NCBI GenBank assembly: GCA_051047955.1
Contig: JBPGPT010000028.1
Coordinates: 124,001-188,000 of the forward strand
DNA from: Cystobasidiomycetes sp. EMM_F5
Lineage: Eukaryota
DNA: 64,000 bases
Reading direction: 5' to 3'
The first letter of the stretch is position 1; the number at the start of each line of letters is the position of its first letter. Below the pieces are notes generated by a model that was not told where the DNA came from, searched no databases, and saw nothing but the letters and a program-made list of their open reading frames with translations. This document shows, piece by piece, positions 27,425-38,160 of this stretch. The translations under genes were made by a program, and so were the position numbers.

Positions 27425-27858
27425 GTTGGATAGCGTGGAAATTTGTTAGCAGGCAATGCCTCGGAGAAGGAAAGAGGCAACGTGGAGAGCGATCAAGTTG
27501 CTTTGGAGTTGACATTGCGCACAAGCAACAAATGTGTGTCAGTGCTTTGCCATAACCCACGTGGAGAAGTCATCGGAGCTGTTCCGGTGATTAGATTGGA
27601 TACCAAGGTGTCACGGTGCTGCAGTCTCCGCGACGGAGGAGGCTGACCCGGCTCTTGCCATAGAGTGTCGGAAGCTTGATATAGCGAGAGTATGCCGCAA
27701 GTCAACCAAGAAACAAAGCCCGAGCGTAGATTTGCGACACAGATGTATAGTGATCATGGGCTTTCAATGTCTCTGCAGATGCAGTTACAGCATTATAGCC
27801 AGATGTACAGCAAGTCCTATCTTCACCCACTGTCACACAACAACCGCGTTAAGGCCAA

Positions 27859-29195
27859 TCATGCATCGAGAGCACTTCCGGCGTGCATGTTGTGTAGCTC
27901 GATGATTCCCCTCTCTTGCCGACTGCCATATTGTAGACTTCTCCCTCGAGGTACGATAATGGTGGAACGATCCTTGTCTAGTTGCTGAGCGAATGTCTCC
28001 TCCATTCGGAGATTCATAGTAATTCTGAGCGTAAGGAGCACGCCAGCTCCGGCAGCTACGAAGCTGTACAATTGATTAGTCATCTTAGATGTGGGGTCAT
28101 CAATTCTGCTGCGTACGAAACATCTCCCATAGTGGCAGCTTTACCGTAATGAGCGAGGATGTAGACTCTGCGAACGAACAGGTTCAATATCAGCAAGGTG
28201 TATATTAGAGACGCTGTCCAGGTCACCGCACACGTCGGTCACGTACTGTGGAGACGACATTAGCTGCCGCGTCAATTCAGACATCGTTCACTCACGAGGC
28301 AGAACATGGTGAGGAAGTAGACCAAAGATTCTCGCATGATCACCTGCGGTAAACCGCCCATTCCGAGGTTTTTCTGAGATCTCCATAGACTGGTTACTTT
28401 CCACATCACGCAGCACGTTACTACCAAGTCAAAGGAAATGTAACCGAACGCAGCAAAAACGATGCTCAATCCCTTTTCGTTTGTGCCAGTGACCAGACAA
28501 GGACCTGTGCTGCGCAAGAACGGAGCATCTTGTACAAGAAGAGCTTTCTTCAGATTGACCCGATAAGCTGAAGCGTGCGAACTTACAACCCGATGTATCG
28601 TTGATTGTGTACACATGTGCCGCGAGCGTAAACATCCAAGGGATTGCCAACAATGCAATGAGCCATCTCGATCGTCCCCACACCGAATACGCGCGGATCC
28701 CAAGAAGCAGTTGACTAGCAGGGATCACGAGGAAAGGCAGGGCTGGGAGCAGCCATCTCCCTCTTTCACAAGATGAGGGCGACCATGCACCGAAAAAGAG
28801 TCCGAACTGGTGCAGGACCGTTAGCAAGGGACTGCATTCGGAAGTCACATATCTTCGAGGCTCACGTATACGATTTGGACCACCGCAAATATGATCCTGA
28901 CGTAAAGATATAAGAACTGACACTGAAGCGTCAGGCATATAGAGTAGCAGAGGACGAGAAGACCCACCTTGGTCACAGACGCTTTTGCACCCCAAAAAAC
29001 CTTCCGCTCGGCCGGGATAGCTTGAAGGGTATCAAACATAGTGATTACGAAGGTGCAGCACACCAACAGCCTGTTGCGCTCGGTTGCCGATGTCAGCTGA
29101 GCAACGGCATCCTGCACGAAGGCCTGTACAGCTGGATTGAGCTGTGCGAATGTCTCCCTCTGCGTCAGCAGAAACAATGTAGCAGAGTCGCTCAT
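27859..29195 (-). CDS. DUF6533-like multi-pass membrane protein, tandem copy 3
   Basis: MFDTLQAIPAERKVFWGAKASVTK, LYLYVR, IRAYSVWGR, FDLVVT, IMRESLVYF and LLTLRITMNLR. Confidence 0.7.
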
Positions 29196-29822
29196 GGTGA
29201 CGGTGAACCCTGCGAAGGCAACGAGGAATGGATGGCGGCCTTGAGAGAAGGTTGAATGCGCACAGATGAGCCTTGCACCTAATCTATTAACCAACTCCGC
29301 TTCAGATGGCGGCTGCCATCCGTTTGAATCTTGCACGTTCAAGCGGTACAGTCCTGAGCGCGAAAGCGTACCGGTATGGCACGGACACCGTCGACAGGGT
29401 CACATCCTACTGCGCGTCAGTGCTGCGCGGGCCATAGTGCCGCAAGTCAGCCTTGCTTGTCCAAGATGTCAGCCAGCTTCGATATCGTCAGCTTCAGCAT
29501 CCACGGCGAAGGTTTTCATCCAGGCAGAACTCGGACACGACATGTATGAGGAGACCAGTGCATACAGCAGCTGAGCTGCAGTTGCATGCGCCATTTCGCA
29601 ATGCAGTAATTGGGCATTGGTCAACGTCAAACACGCAATCTCCGCATTCTACAACTCAACGCCAAACGTATATAGCTGTAATGAATCCAGAACAGTCTGC
29701 TACTCCACTCCAAGATCAACTATCATCGAGCAATCACTGGCACTCTTCAAGCACCCTTCGTATGCAGCACTGTGTCTGACCGTTCTCAGCATTACGACAG
29801 CGTGGCCTATGAACCTATGCGG

Positions 29823-31682
29823 CTAGCGACGGTCTGGTCCTGATGCACGCACTGCAAACGGCAACTCTGCAGCGACCAGATGGCCAAGATGATGTCGTTC
29901 AGCCAGGGCATGGACTCCTGTGCTCTTCGGATAGTTCCTAGCTTTGACGGGCAGATCGTCCGGATTTGCACCCAGCAGCTGATCCGGCCTTGCAGGATCT
30001 TGTGCAAGCTGTGCTACACCCTTCCTTTGCCGATTCTTGGCTGACAGCTCCGCAGTATCGGAACCGCTGTTGTCGTTTGCCAGGGTGCCTTGCCCGTTGA
30101 CCCGCTTCTTGCTGTCCCTCAACTTCTGACCGATGCTCGCTGCTCGCATGCCTGCTGCATATCCGCCAAACGTGTCAAAGGCCGCTTCTTCCAGGTAGGG
30201 GACCCTGTTGACCAGCGCAACTTTGATGGCTTCCTTCGGCCATCTTAGTGGTTCGTCGCGTTCGATGTTCCTACATTGATATGCCAAATAACGAATGCGA
30301 TCCTTGTGTTCCTTGCGTTGCATCCGCATGGTCCTGGCTTGAGCCTGCTTACTGACCAATGAAGCGCCGTTCATGCGATCCTCATACGCGTCGGAATCGT
30401 TGTCGTCCGAAGTTGCATAGGACGAGCTCGAGTCTATCGACTTTTCCTCTCGTTCCGGACACTCGAGATCCGATAGCTCATCGTAAGCGACCTCGGCATC
30501 TACAGATACCTCGATGCGATGGTTTGCCTGCTTCTCCAGTCTACGCTGCTGTTTGGCAGACGGGACCATTGCAACGGGTCGCTTGCTTGACGCGACTTTA
30601 CCCAGACCTAGTCGGATCATGGAGGTCTTGTGCTGCTTCTCCTTAAACTCACTCCGACCGCGTGGCGCACGAAGATACTCTATCTCTGTAGCGATTTCGT
30701 CATACGTTGCGCTGTCGAGTATGCCAGGCTGTACAGGTGGACAGACTATCTGCCAAGCATACACTAAACCTTCCGGCAGTGGTTGCGATGGTGGCATTAC
30801 CTTATCCCCGATCGCTTGTTTGATGTAGCGTGGAGAGATGATGCCTTGCTCTTCAGATGAGTATTGACCAGACGGTCGTCGGACTGTACTTGGGCGCGTT
30901 ACCTTGTGACGGACAACACCTTCTGTCGCTTGTTGTTCACGAAGTTCCCGGCAGTACTTTGTACCTCCCCTTCCGGGACATTCTGTGCTCGAGCAGTTTC
31001 GACAGTGTTTTGGCTTGCGTGGAACGATGCTTGTCTGCGTTGCTGAATTCGGGCCATTCGCCAAAGCAGATGGGCGCATCGAACTGGAGTTTCTCCCTTC
31101 GCCATCTGAACGCGATGATACGGGCACATTCCCGTTGCTGGTCCGCTTGCGAGGAGAAGGCTTAGGGGGGAGTGGATACCTATTCAATACCTTTGCTCTC
31201 CGCAATAAAGCGCTTGACCCACTATCCACTGGTCATCATCCGATGATGACACGGCTTCGGCATGCGCCTTGGTCGCAATTGGCTTCTGCAACTCGCGTTG
31301 AGACGCTTCGTCTTATCGTGTGGTTTGAAAGACGCACCTTTTGCACTGTCGACTGTTTTTGGCGATGTAATAGGTCGGCATTCTGACTGCTTGGCCTTTC
31401 AGCCGCCCGATGTAGTACATTAGGTAGCGAATGTCGCGGGCGGGATGCTTTCGGAAACTCTCCACTTGGTCCTGCGACAGAGTAGCCCAGACTAGTTCGC
31501 TGTTTCTTTGCGCGATGTTGCGAATTGGTGTCGATATTGGACCGGTTAGCCGTACCGCCGAGACTATAGAATGGCCTGCTGGAACCACTGGCGCTGCTGT
31601 AGTTCTGCCTGTCGGGCTCCAAGAAGTTGCTCCTGCCGTCCTCGTCGCTGTCTGAGCTGTTGTCCAAGTCGATAATTCTCAT
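29823..31682 (-). CDS. Hypothetical basic/disordered protein with a C-x2-C-x4-C-x8-C motif
   Basis: ORFs 31236..31682 and 29823..31229 probably joined by short introns (GTGCGT and GTGGGT donors). Contains CRNCSSTECPGRGGTKYC. Confidence 0.55.
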
Positions 31683-31923
31683 TCTTTCGCGGATGCTCGC
31701 TGGCCAGGCTGCAGCATGGAACCACTCCTACGCTGCGTCAGAGGTGGAGCTCATCATATCGCAGCCATGTTGTGCGCAGCTTCATATCGAAATAGTCCAG
31801 AGTTGGTGCAGAACCATCCCTTGAACGGCCTTTGCGGCTCTCTTCATTGCCAACTCGTTGATATCGCACAAACTGTCTGTAGCAACGACGAGCTGAGCAC
31901 CGTCCGATGCTCGTATACCATCA

Positions 31924-34900
31924 ATGGCGTTCCAGGCGGTGCGTCGAGTCCGCCGTCTGCCTTTTTACGCGGCTCTGAGTAAACTAATATCAAACAATCC
32001 CCAGGTCAAGCCGCACTGCACTGCATTTCTCCGCCATGTCCGTCTAGCAGACCCCGCAAACGTCGAATTACTCCCCGACATCCTCGCTAATCTATCGGCC
32101 AGCTTGGCGGGACTGGGCGACGTCTCGGACGCTGATAATTTACCCAAACTGACAGGATACCTCTTCTTTCCCTTTTCTCAATTTCTCCAACTCAATTCTC
32201 CAGCAATTCTAAAGTCAACTCCGTCCCATCAACACATCTTTCAGCTGGTAGTGGACGCCGTGAATACGCTAGCCTCGGTCTGCCCCCTAGACAAAGGAAT
32301 TCGGGAACAGCTATGCACCTTTTGCATGCTGAGCCTCGCTGGTCAGCTGGGCAGCAAGGATGTAGATAGGTCTTGGAGTACCGGCGTCCAGGCGTCTTTA
32401 TTACATTTATTCGGGTCACTCGTGAGCAGCGACACGAATTTAGACTTGCCACTGCCTATCGTACTGCATTCGGTCAACGCTCTACTTCTACTGGTGGAAA
32501 CAGGAGACTTTTCCATTCAGTTGGCATCTTTGGACTGTTTGTCGACGTTCCTTACTCCATATCTCCTTTCACACGACTTGATTCCCCGCTTCCTGCCTGG
32601 AGTCGTCAGCACGATCTGCAAGGTAGTCATCAGTAGCAAGGGAAGCAGTAGAGTATGCGTCAAAGCACTGAACTGCATGTGCTCGGCAATTGTCGGGGCA
32701 CTTGACGATGAACGCAGTAGACGGCTAGGTATCCTGGCCTTGGATGCGCTACCGCCACCCAGCATCGAGCCGCAATCCCTGCACTCTATTTTTGAGGCAA
32801 AATCGCTGAATAATTACAGTACGACGGAATCCTCCATCGCAGCATTCGACATTACCACTGCGACATCTTCGACACACGAAGAGACTAAAGGCCAACCCGG
32901 GCTTTCCGCAGCATGGCTTAGCGCAACATCTGGACAATTGTACCGAGCATTTGTCAGCATACTACCTTTCATCCAATCACACGAGAGTGCAAATGTGCGC
33001 AGCGCTGTTGCTCATCTATGCGACGAAATTCTGGCCAAATGCTGGAAGTCGCTCGGTAACGCGTCGTGTCGACTCTTGCTCGAAGAGCTGCTGTCATTGG
33101 GCGACGATGATTGGGAGGAGGTCCGAAATGTTGCTTTGCGTGGTATTACTCAACTGGCGGATAACGCACAAGCCATCGAGGAGACTGCCCGTATCGCTCA
33201 AGATGCTGTTGCTGAGCTGCCTCACGTTATCTTCCGGCACGGCATAGCGAATGAAGGTACTCTACAGCGTCATCTCACTCTTATCTGTGCAGCGTGCAAG
33301 TACGCGCCCCTCTCGGATGTCCGAATTGAACGGTGGTCGAGATCTTTAATCAAGGCTCTTGAAATGGTGGCGCCTGTCACGCACAATCACAGCAACTCAG
33401 CGACCCTCCATATCGACGCGTCTACGCCCTGGATGCAGCAGAGTCGTACGATGCTTTACTTGGAGGGCGACACTCAGCCCAATGGGACTCGCAAGGCAAC
33501 GCTCCCTGCTTTCCCCGTACCGCGTTTCGTGCACATAGCTCCAGGTCAATCAGTTCTTCTTCTGGAAAGAGCTCTGCAGAGTCTGGCGATTGGAGCAGTC
33601 AACAATGCTGCCTCTGGCCATACACTCGAAATAATTTCACATTTTCTAAATTTGGCAAGATCGCACAGACCCTCTGTTTCTTTATTACCACCCAGTCTAT
33701 GGATCACGGCTCAAATGCTCATCGGGCTGAGGTCTACTTCGCCATCGAAGGCAGCTCTGACAAAGCAACGCCTCGTAAGAGACATGGTTGACGTTGTGCT
33801 TGAGGTGCTGCGATGGCAAGACGAAACAGCTTCAGGCTTCGAAGAGAAGCAGAAATTGATGCAGTCTAGAAGCAATGGGCAGCTATTAGACAGCGATATC
33901 GGCGATGACGGCGATGAGAATACTGGTATCGAAGTAGTCTCAGGCATGCGGCAACTGCAAGGCCTGCTCGGCGATGACTCCAAAATTGCAACGCTGAGGC
34001 AGTCATCTGCAGGACACGAAAGAACCCACACAGTCGCAAGCCAGGCCATGGCAATCCAGCTGTTATCAACAACTGCAAAAGTCGCTGGACGGTCCTTCCG
34101 TCCGTATTTACTCCACGTTCTGTATCCGCTTCTCAGAGCCCTCGTTCCGATATCTACATCAACGAACGGGATGATATCTGCATATGCACATTGCGCTCTT
34201 CATACAATCACACATGCGTGTGAGTACGACTCGCCTGCGACGCTCATTACCGCCAACATCGATTATCTCCTCAATGCGGTATCAGCGAATCTACGAGCCA
34301 GCACAGGATATTTGGATCATCTCGCGCCATCAATATTGATTTGTGCTATCGATTTGGCCGGTCAGGATGTGCTACCGTACCTCGGAGATACAGTGGCGGA
34401 AATATTCGATGCCCTTGACCGATGGCACGCATATGATTTGCTGGTATCCGAGCTGTTGCGGGTGCTCGATAAACTGGTCTCAACCTTTGAGACACCGACG
34501 CAATCTTCTCAATCTACTGCGCCGCACCCGACCCCACACTTACCGAATCGTGAAAATGATTTAGCGGGCTTCGCCAAGTGGTTTGAAACGAGGACCGCTT
34601 TACGGGAGCAGCGTAACACGGTCCACTCGTCTGACTCAATCATGCCAGACGGCAATCCGCAACAGCCATTCGCCAATCTGCACAATGCTGGAAGCAGTCA
34701 GGAGGAGGCCAGCGCGCAGGAAGAGCCTAATCCCGATCCCGATGGCGAGACGAAACCGGCATCGGCCACGCAAAACCTCATTCTGTCCATCATGCAAAAA
34801 TGTATCTACTTCATGGGACATCCGTCGCCCTTTTTGCGAGCTCGGGTTCTTGCGATGCTCAGCGCATGTGTTCCTGCAATGTGCGACCTTGAAGCGGATC

Positions 34901-35445
34901 TTCTACCAGTCATACATCGGGTATGGCCGTACGTATTAGCACGTCTCGATGACGGGATCGTAGCCACTCCTCCCTACGTGTTGCTCGAGTGCATGCGATT
35001 CGTTTCCACACTTCTCCGCTACAAGGGCAGTTTCATGAATACTCGAATGGTGCAAGATGTCTGGCCGAGGGTGAAATCAATGGTCCCGACGCTGAGTGTC
35101 GATCGTTTCACGAAAGAGGATCGCTTCAGCACAGAGTATAGAATAGCTCAAAGCATGATCGACGGCATGTTTACTGCAGTATCGAACGTCACGCACATCA
35201 AGGGCGAAGACCTGTGGGATATGTCGTTGGTTTTGCGGCCGTTTCTATCGTCATCCGAAGATGAATTGAACAGAGCAGGCGTGAAATTTTACAGGTCGTT
35301 GGCAAAATCTGATAGCGATATTGTCTGGCTTGCGCTAAGCGCATCTATTGGCAAAGTGCCGGATCTGCAGTGTCTTTTTAGTAGTCAGTCGGAGTCGATA
35401 TCAGTATCTATAATGACTGTGTTGTCAGAAATATCATCGAAGTAG
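31924..35445 (+). CDS. TTI1: TEL2-interacting protein 1 (TTT complex HEAT-repeat protein)
   Basis: 1173-codon ORF with YLFFP, FLPGVVSTI, LLHVLYPLL, LITANIDYL, IFDALDRWH and LLPVIHRVWP. A likely in-frame 66-nt intron at 31939-32004 gives MAFQAVKPHC. Confidence 0.85.
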   Translation: MAFQAVRRVRRLPFYAALSKLISNNPQVKPHCTAFLRHVRLADPANVELLPDILANLSASLAGLGDVSDADNLPKLTGYLFFPFSQFLQLNSPAILKSTPSHQHIFQLVVDAVNTLASVCPLDKGIREQLCTFCMLSLAGQLGSKDVDRSWSTGVQASLLHLFGSLVSSDTNLDLPLPIVLHSVNALLLLVETGDFSIQLASLDCLSTFLTPYLLSHDLIPRFLPGVVSTICKVVISSKGSSRVCVKALNCMCSAIVGALDDERSRRLGILALDALPPPSIEPQSLHSIFEAKSLNNYSTTESSIAAFDITTATSSTHEETKGQPGLSAAWLSATSGQLYRAFVSILPFIQSHESANVRSAVAHLCDEILAKCWKSLGNASCRLLLEELLSLGDDDWEEVRNVALRGITQLADNAQAIEETARIAQDAVAELPHVIFRHGIANEGTLQRHLTLICAACKYAPLSDVRIERWSRSLIKALEMVAPVTHNHSNSATLHIDASTPWMQQSRTMLYLEGDTQPNGTRKATLPAFPVPRFVHIAPGQSVLLLERALQSLAIGAVNNAASGHTLEIISHFLNLARSHRPSVSLLPPSLWITAQMLIGLRSTSPSKAALTKQRLVRDMVDVVLEVLRWQDETASGFEEKQKLMQSRSNGQLLDSDIGDDGDENTGIEVVSGMRQLQGLLGDDSKIATLRQSSAGHERTHTVASQAMAIQLLSTTAKVAGRSFRPYLLHVLYPLLRALVPISTSTNGMISAYAHCALHTITHACEYDSPATLITANIDYLLNAVSANLRASTGYLDHLAPSILICAIDLAGQDVLPYLGDTVAEIFDALDRWHAYDLLVSELLRVLDKLVSTFETPTQSSQSTAPHPTPHLPNRENDLAGFAKWFETRTALREQRNTVHSSDSIMPDGNPQQPFANLHNAGSSQEEASAQEEPNPDPDGETKPASATQNLILSIMQKCIYFMGHPSPFLRARVLAMLSACVPAMCDLEADLLPVIHRVWPYVLARLDDGIVATPPYVLLECMRFVSTLLRYKGSFMNTRMVQDVWPRVKSMVPTLSVDRFTKEDRFSTEYRIAQSMIDGMFTAVSNVTHIKGEDLWDMSLVLRPFLSSSEDELNRAGVKFYRSLAKSDSDIVWLALSASIGKVPDLQCLFSSQSESISVSIMTVLSEISSK

Positions 35446-35492
35446 CGTATTTACTTGCTTTGCAATGTCTGGCTACATAATTATTTGAGTTG

Positions 35493-37891
35493 CTAGAACG
35501 GAGAGCTCGCCAATTGCGGGTTTCGGAGTAGACAAAAGTCGGCATACTTGTTCCGCTCGTCCAGAAACGGTAAGTAGAAAGACCTCGTGAGCCTGCTGGA
35601 CTCTTCTAGATCTAGAAAAGGCCAACACTTGACTCGCTCCCACGCTGCCTCGTTGAAACCGTCGATTGACGTTTGCTTGCGATGCGGGAATATCGTCTCA
35701 ACCACGTATGAGCAGGAATCCAGCGGTACCTGTGTAGTGTATCAGTATGCTCAAGAAATCGAAAGGCCCATCATTGCTTACGAAATTCCCGAGTTCCCGT
35801 ACGTTACGGTCGTTAAAGCCCGGCGGACTGGCTGCAGCGATAGCTTGCTTTGCTCTCAAGCTTTTTCTGACGCTCCCTACGTCTTGCCGACGCTCCACAA
35901 AGTGCCGCGGTGATTGTGCTGTGAAAGAGCTCATGACAAAATCTACTCGTACCTCGTTCGGCAGCAAGAAACTTGACGGGTATCGATACCATTCTCCACC
36001 ATAGCAAAGAGTCAGGTTGAGCGGTGCAAGCGGCGATAGATCGAGCTGTTCTTTCGCTTCAAGATAGTTTTCCAGCGTCAATTTGGGGTACCTTTCCGGA
36101 TATCGCTGAATAGCCAGGGCAGGCAGGTCGGCGTACTGGAGGTGGAAGAGAGCGGTCATAGGTGCGCGAAAATACTGTTGCACAGCAAGGATACGGGCCA
36201 TCGACAAGAGCGTGCTCAGCAGAACAATAAGTGTAGTATTGATCGAGAAGATGGGGGTCCGTGCGGCTTGGAACGATGCTTTCGTAGTTTTTACATAGAA
36301 GTGCTGCATCCAACCTCGAGCCAAACTCAAGGTCACTGCTGCTTGGAAGCAGATAAGAGGGAACGCGGGAAACATGAATCGCTCTTCTTTGTGCGCCTGT
36401 GCTGTCAACAAGCCAAACCATAGGTAAAACGGCGACAAGCGCACAGCTAAGAGTATCGCGCTGGACGTTTGCTCAGGTTGAGTGATGGCCAATCGTTTCG
36501 GCTCAACTAGTGCCGTGATTGCTAGCGCTGGAAGCGAGAGCAGAGCCAAGGGATACAGTATGTTCAGGTTGAGAATCCCATTGAATAGGTAGTAGTACCA
36601 TGGTTCGGTGCCAAATAAGTCTGGACCGCCAGTGTTGGACAGCACGTTATAGCTGACGATATTCCACGGAGCAACGACGAGTCGACCGTAAAAGAAGGAA
36701 TCGATGCCAACAACAGCCGCCTGATGTAAAATGTCAGACGCGGATCATCGTCAATCCAGGCAACACGCTCACTAAGATTCCCAATGCAGGAACAGCGCCT
36801 GCGACAAGTCTGGCGATCCTGTCTGCGATGCTTAAGGTCGTCTGTCTGCCACGAAGCAGAATCTCCTCCAGAACGAACGGGACTGCGAGGACGATGCTGA
36901 AAGGCCAGCCTACGATGGCGGATGCAGCGAAGCATATCACTGCATTCACAGTTCTCGTACGCGAAGAATTGACAGGCTCCAAGGCGAATGACCAACCGAG
37001 CATGATGAAATACATCGAGAAGCTGGATGGGAGCAGAGCTGGCGTGTTTATGATCAGCAATGGCCTGCTTGAAACAAGTGAGCGACTCGGAAGCATGATC
37101 TCACCTGTTCCAGCATTGTACATCCCTGCACTCATGAGAAGAAACAGCAGTGTATAGCGCGCCGCTCGTGCACCAACGTGTTTTGCTATACTTCTGTAAA
37201 AGGTGACTTCTGACAGTGTGCAGAGGAGAGCCAGCGAAAGCCGAACCGCAAAGAATGGCACTCTCTGTGTGATTGGCAGTGTCAATAGCTGTTGGACCCG
37301 CTATCAAAACGCGCAATTACCTTGTCTGTCGGATTCACAAACTGTACGAGCCGAGCTGGTACCGCGTGTACTAGGAGGTATGCCCAACTCCGAATAGCAT
37401 ATTTTGACGAGTACTCCCATGTCCTGAGGCCGTCTCCTTCTAGCAGGAAATGCAAGGGTTCCCAGTAATTGTAGACTGCCCAAACAAAGTATTAGGCTGT
37501 CTGTGGAGACGCGCTGCATGAAGCTGACCTTCGTCGCAGTCTGTCGTCACGGACGAGTACATTGCCCCGCACACTCGGATCAGGATCAGCAGGCGGAATG
37601 CGACGGAGAATGACGGGACCCAGATATCATTAGGACCTCTGTAAACAGGGTCAGAAAGTGCGGAAAACGGCAAAGACGATGAGCGCGATTAATATCTTTC
37701 AGTACGTCCACTCTCAACAACCTCAGGCTTAGCGCGTCCACTCACTTTGTGTAGAGCTCCCGAATGAGACTGGTCTCGTTACTTTGCGACTGCGCTTGTT
37801 GCAATTTGGCTCTTGTCGCTCTTCCAATTGGCGGGCTGGCACCTCTGAGTGGTAGACGGGCATTGCTAATGGGCGTCGTGGGCGCAGACAT
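35493..37891 (-). CDS. ALG9: Alpha-1,2-mannosyltransferase (GT22)
   Basis: DCDEVYNYWEPLH (spliced), TWEYSSKYAIRS, LLPSSFSMY, GWPFS, GPDLFGTEPWYYY, HKEERFMFP and CYGGEWYRYPSSFLLP. Confidence 0.93.
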
Positions 37892-38160
37892 GGTGGGCAG
37901 CCCGGATGCTCAGTCGAAACAACACGGAAATCACTTCAAAGTTGAAGTCTGGCGAATATCCAGGCGAAATATGAAGCATGCAACCTTTGACGGAGCTGAA
38001 AGAAGAGGAAACGTGTTCCATAGACAACGACGGAGAGCTAAGCTCATTACAACGCGAAAGCTAATGTTGGAGAAAGGGAAATCAACGAAATGGCAGCCAA
38101 AGATGGGCTGCGGGAACAGAAGGGGTCGAATAGCTCGTGTGAAGCGCAGCGCTGGAGGTA

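Noticed and set aside
31230..31238. Tandem TGA TGA between same-frame ORFs as recoding
   Set aside because: Flanking GTGCGT..CAG and GTGGGT intron signals let this segment be read in another frame (SSSDDDQW), so ordinary splicing explains it.
31939..32004. Apparent N-terminal insertion in an intronless TTI1 ORF
   Set aside because: It has GTGCGT, ACTAAT and CAG signals and is 66 nt long, so it is best read as an ordinary stop-free in-frame intron.
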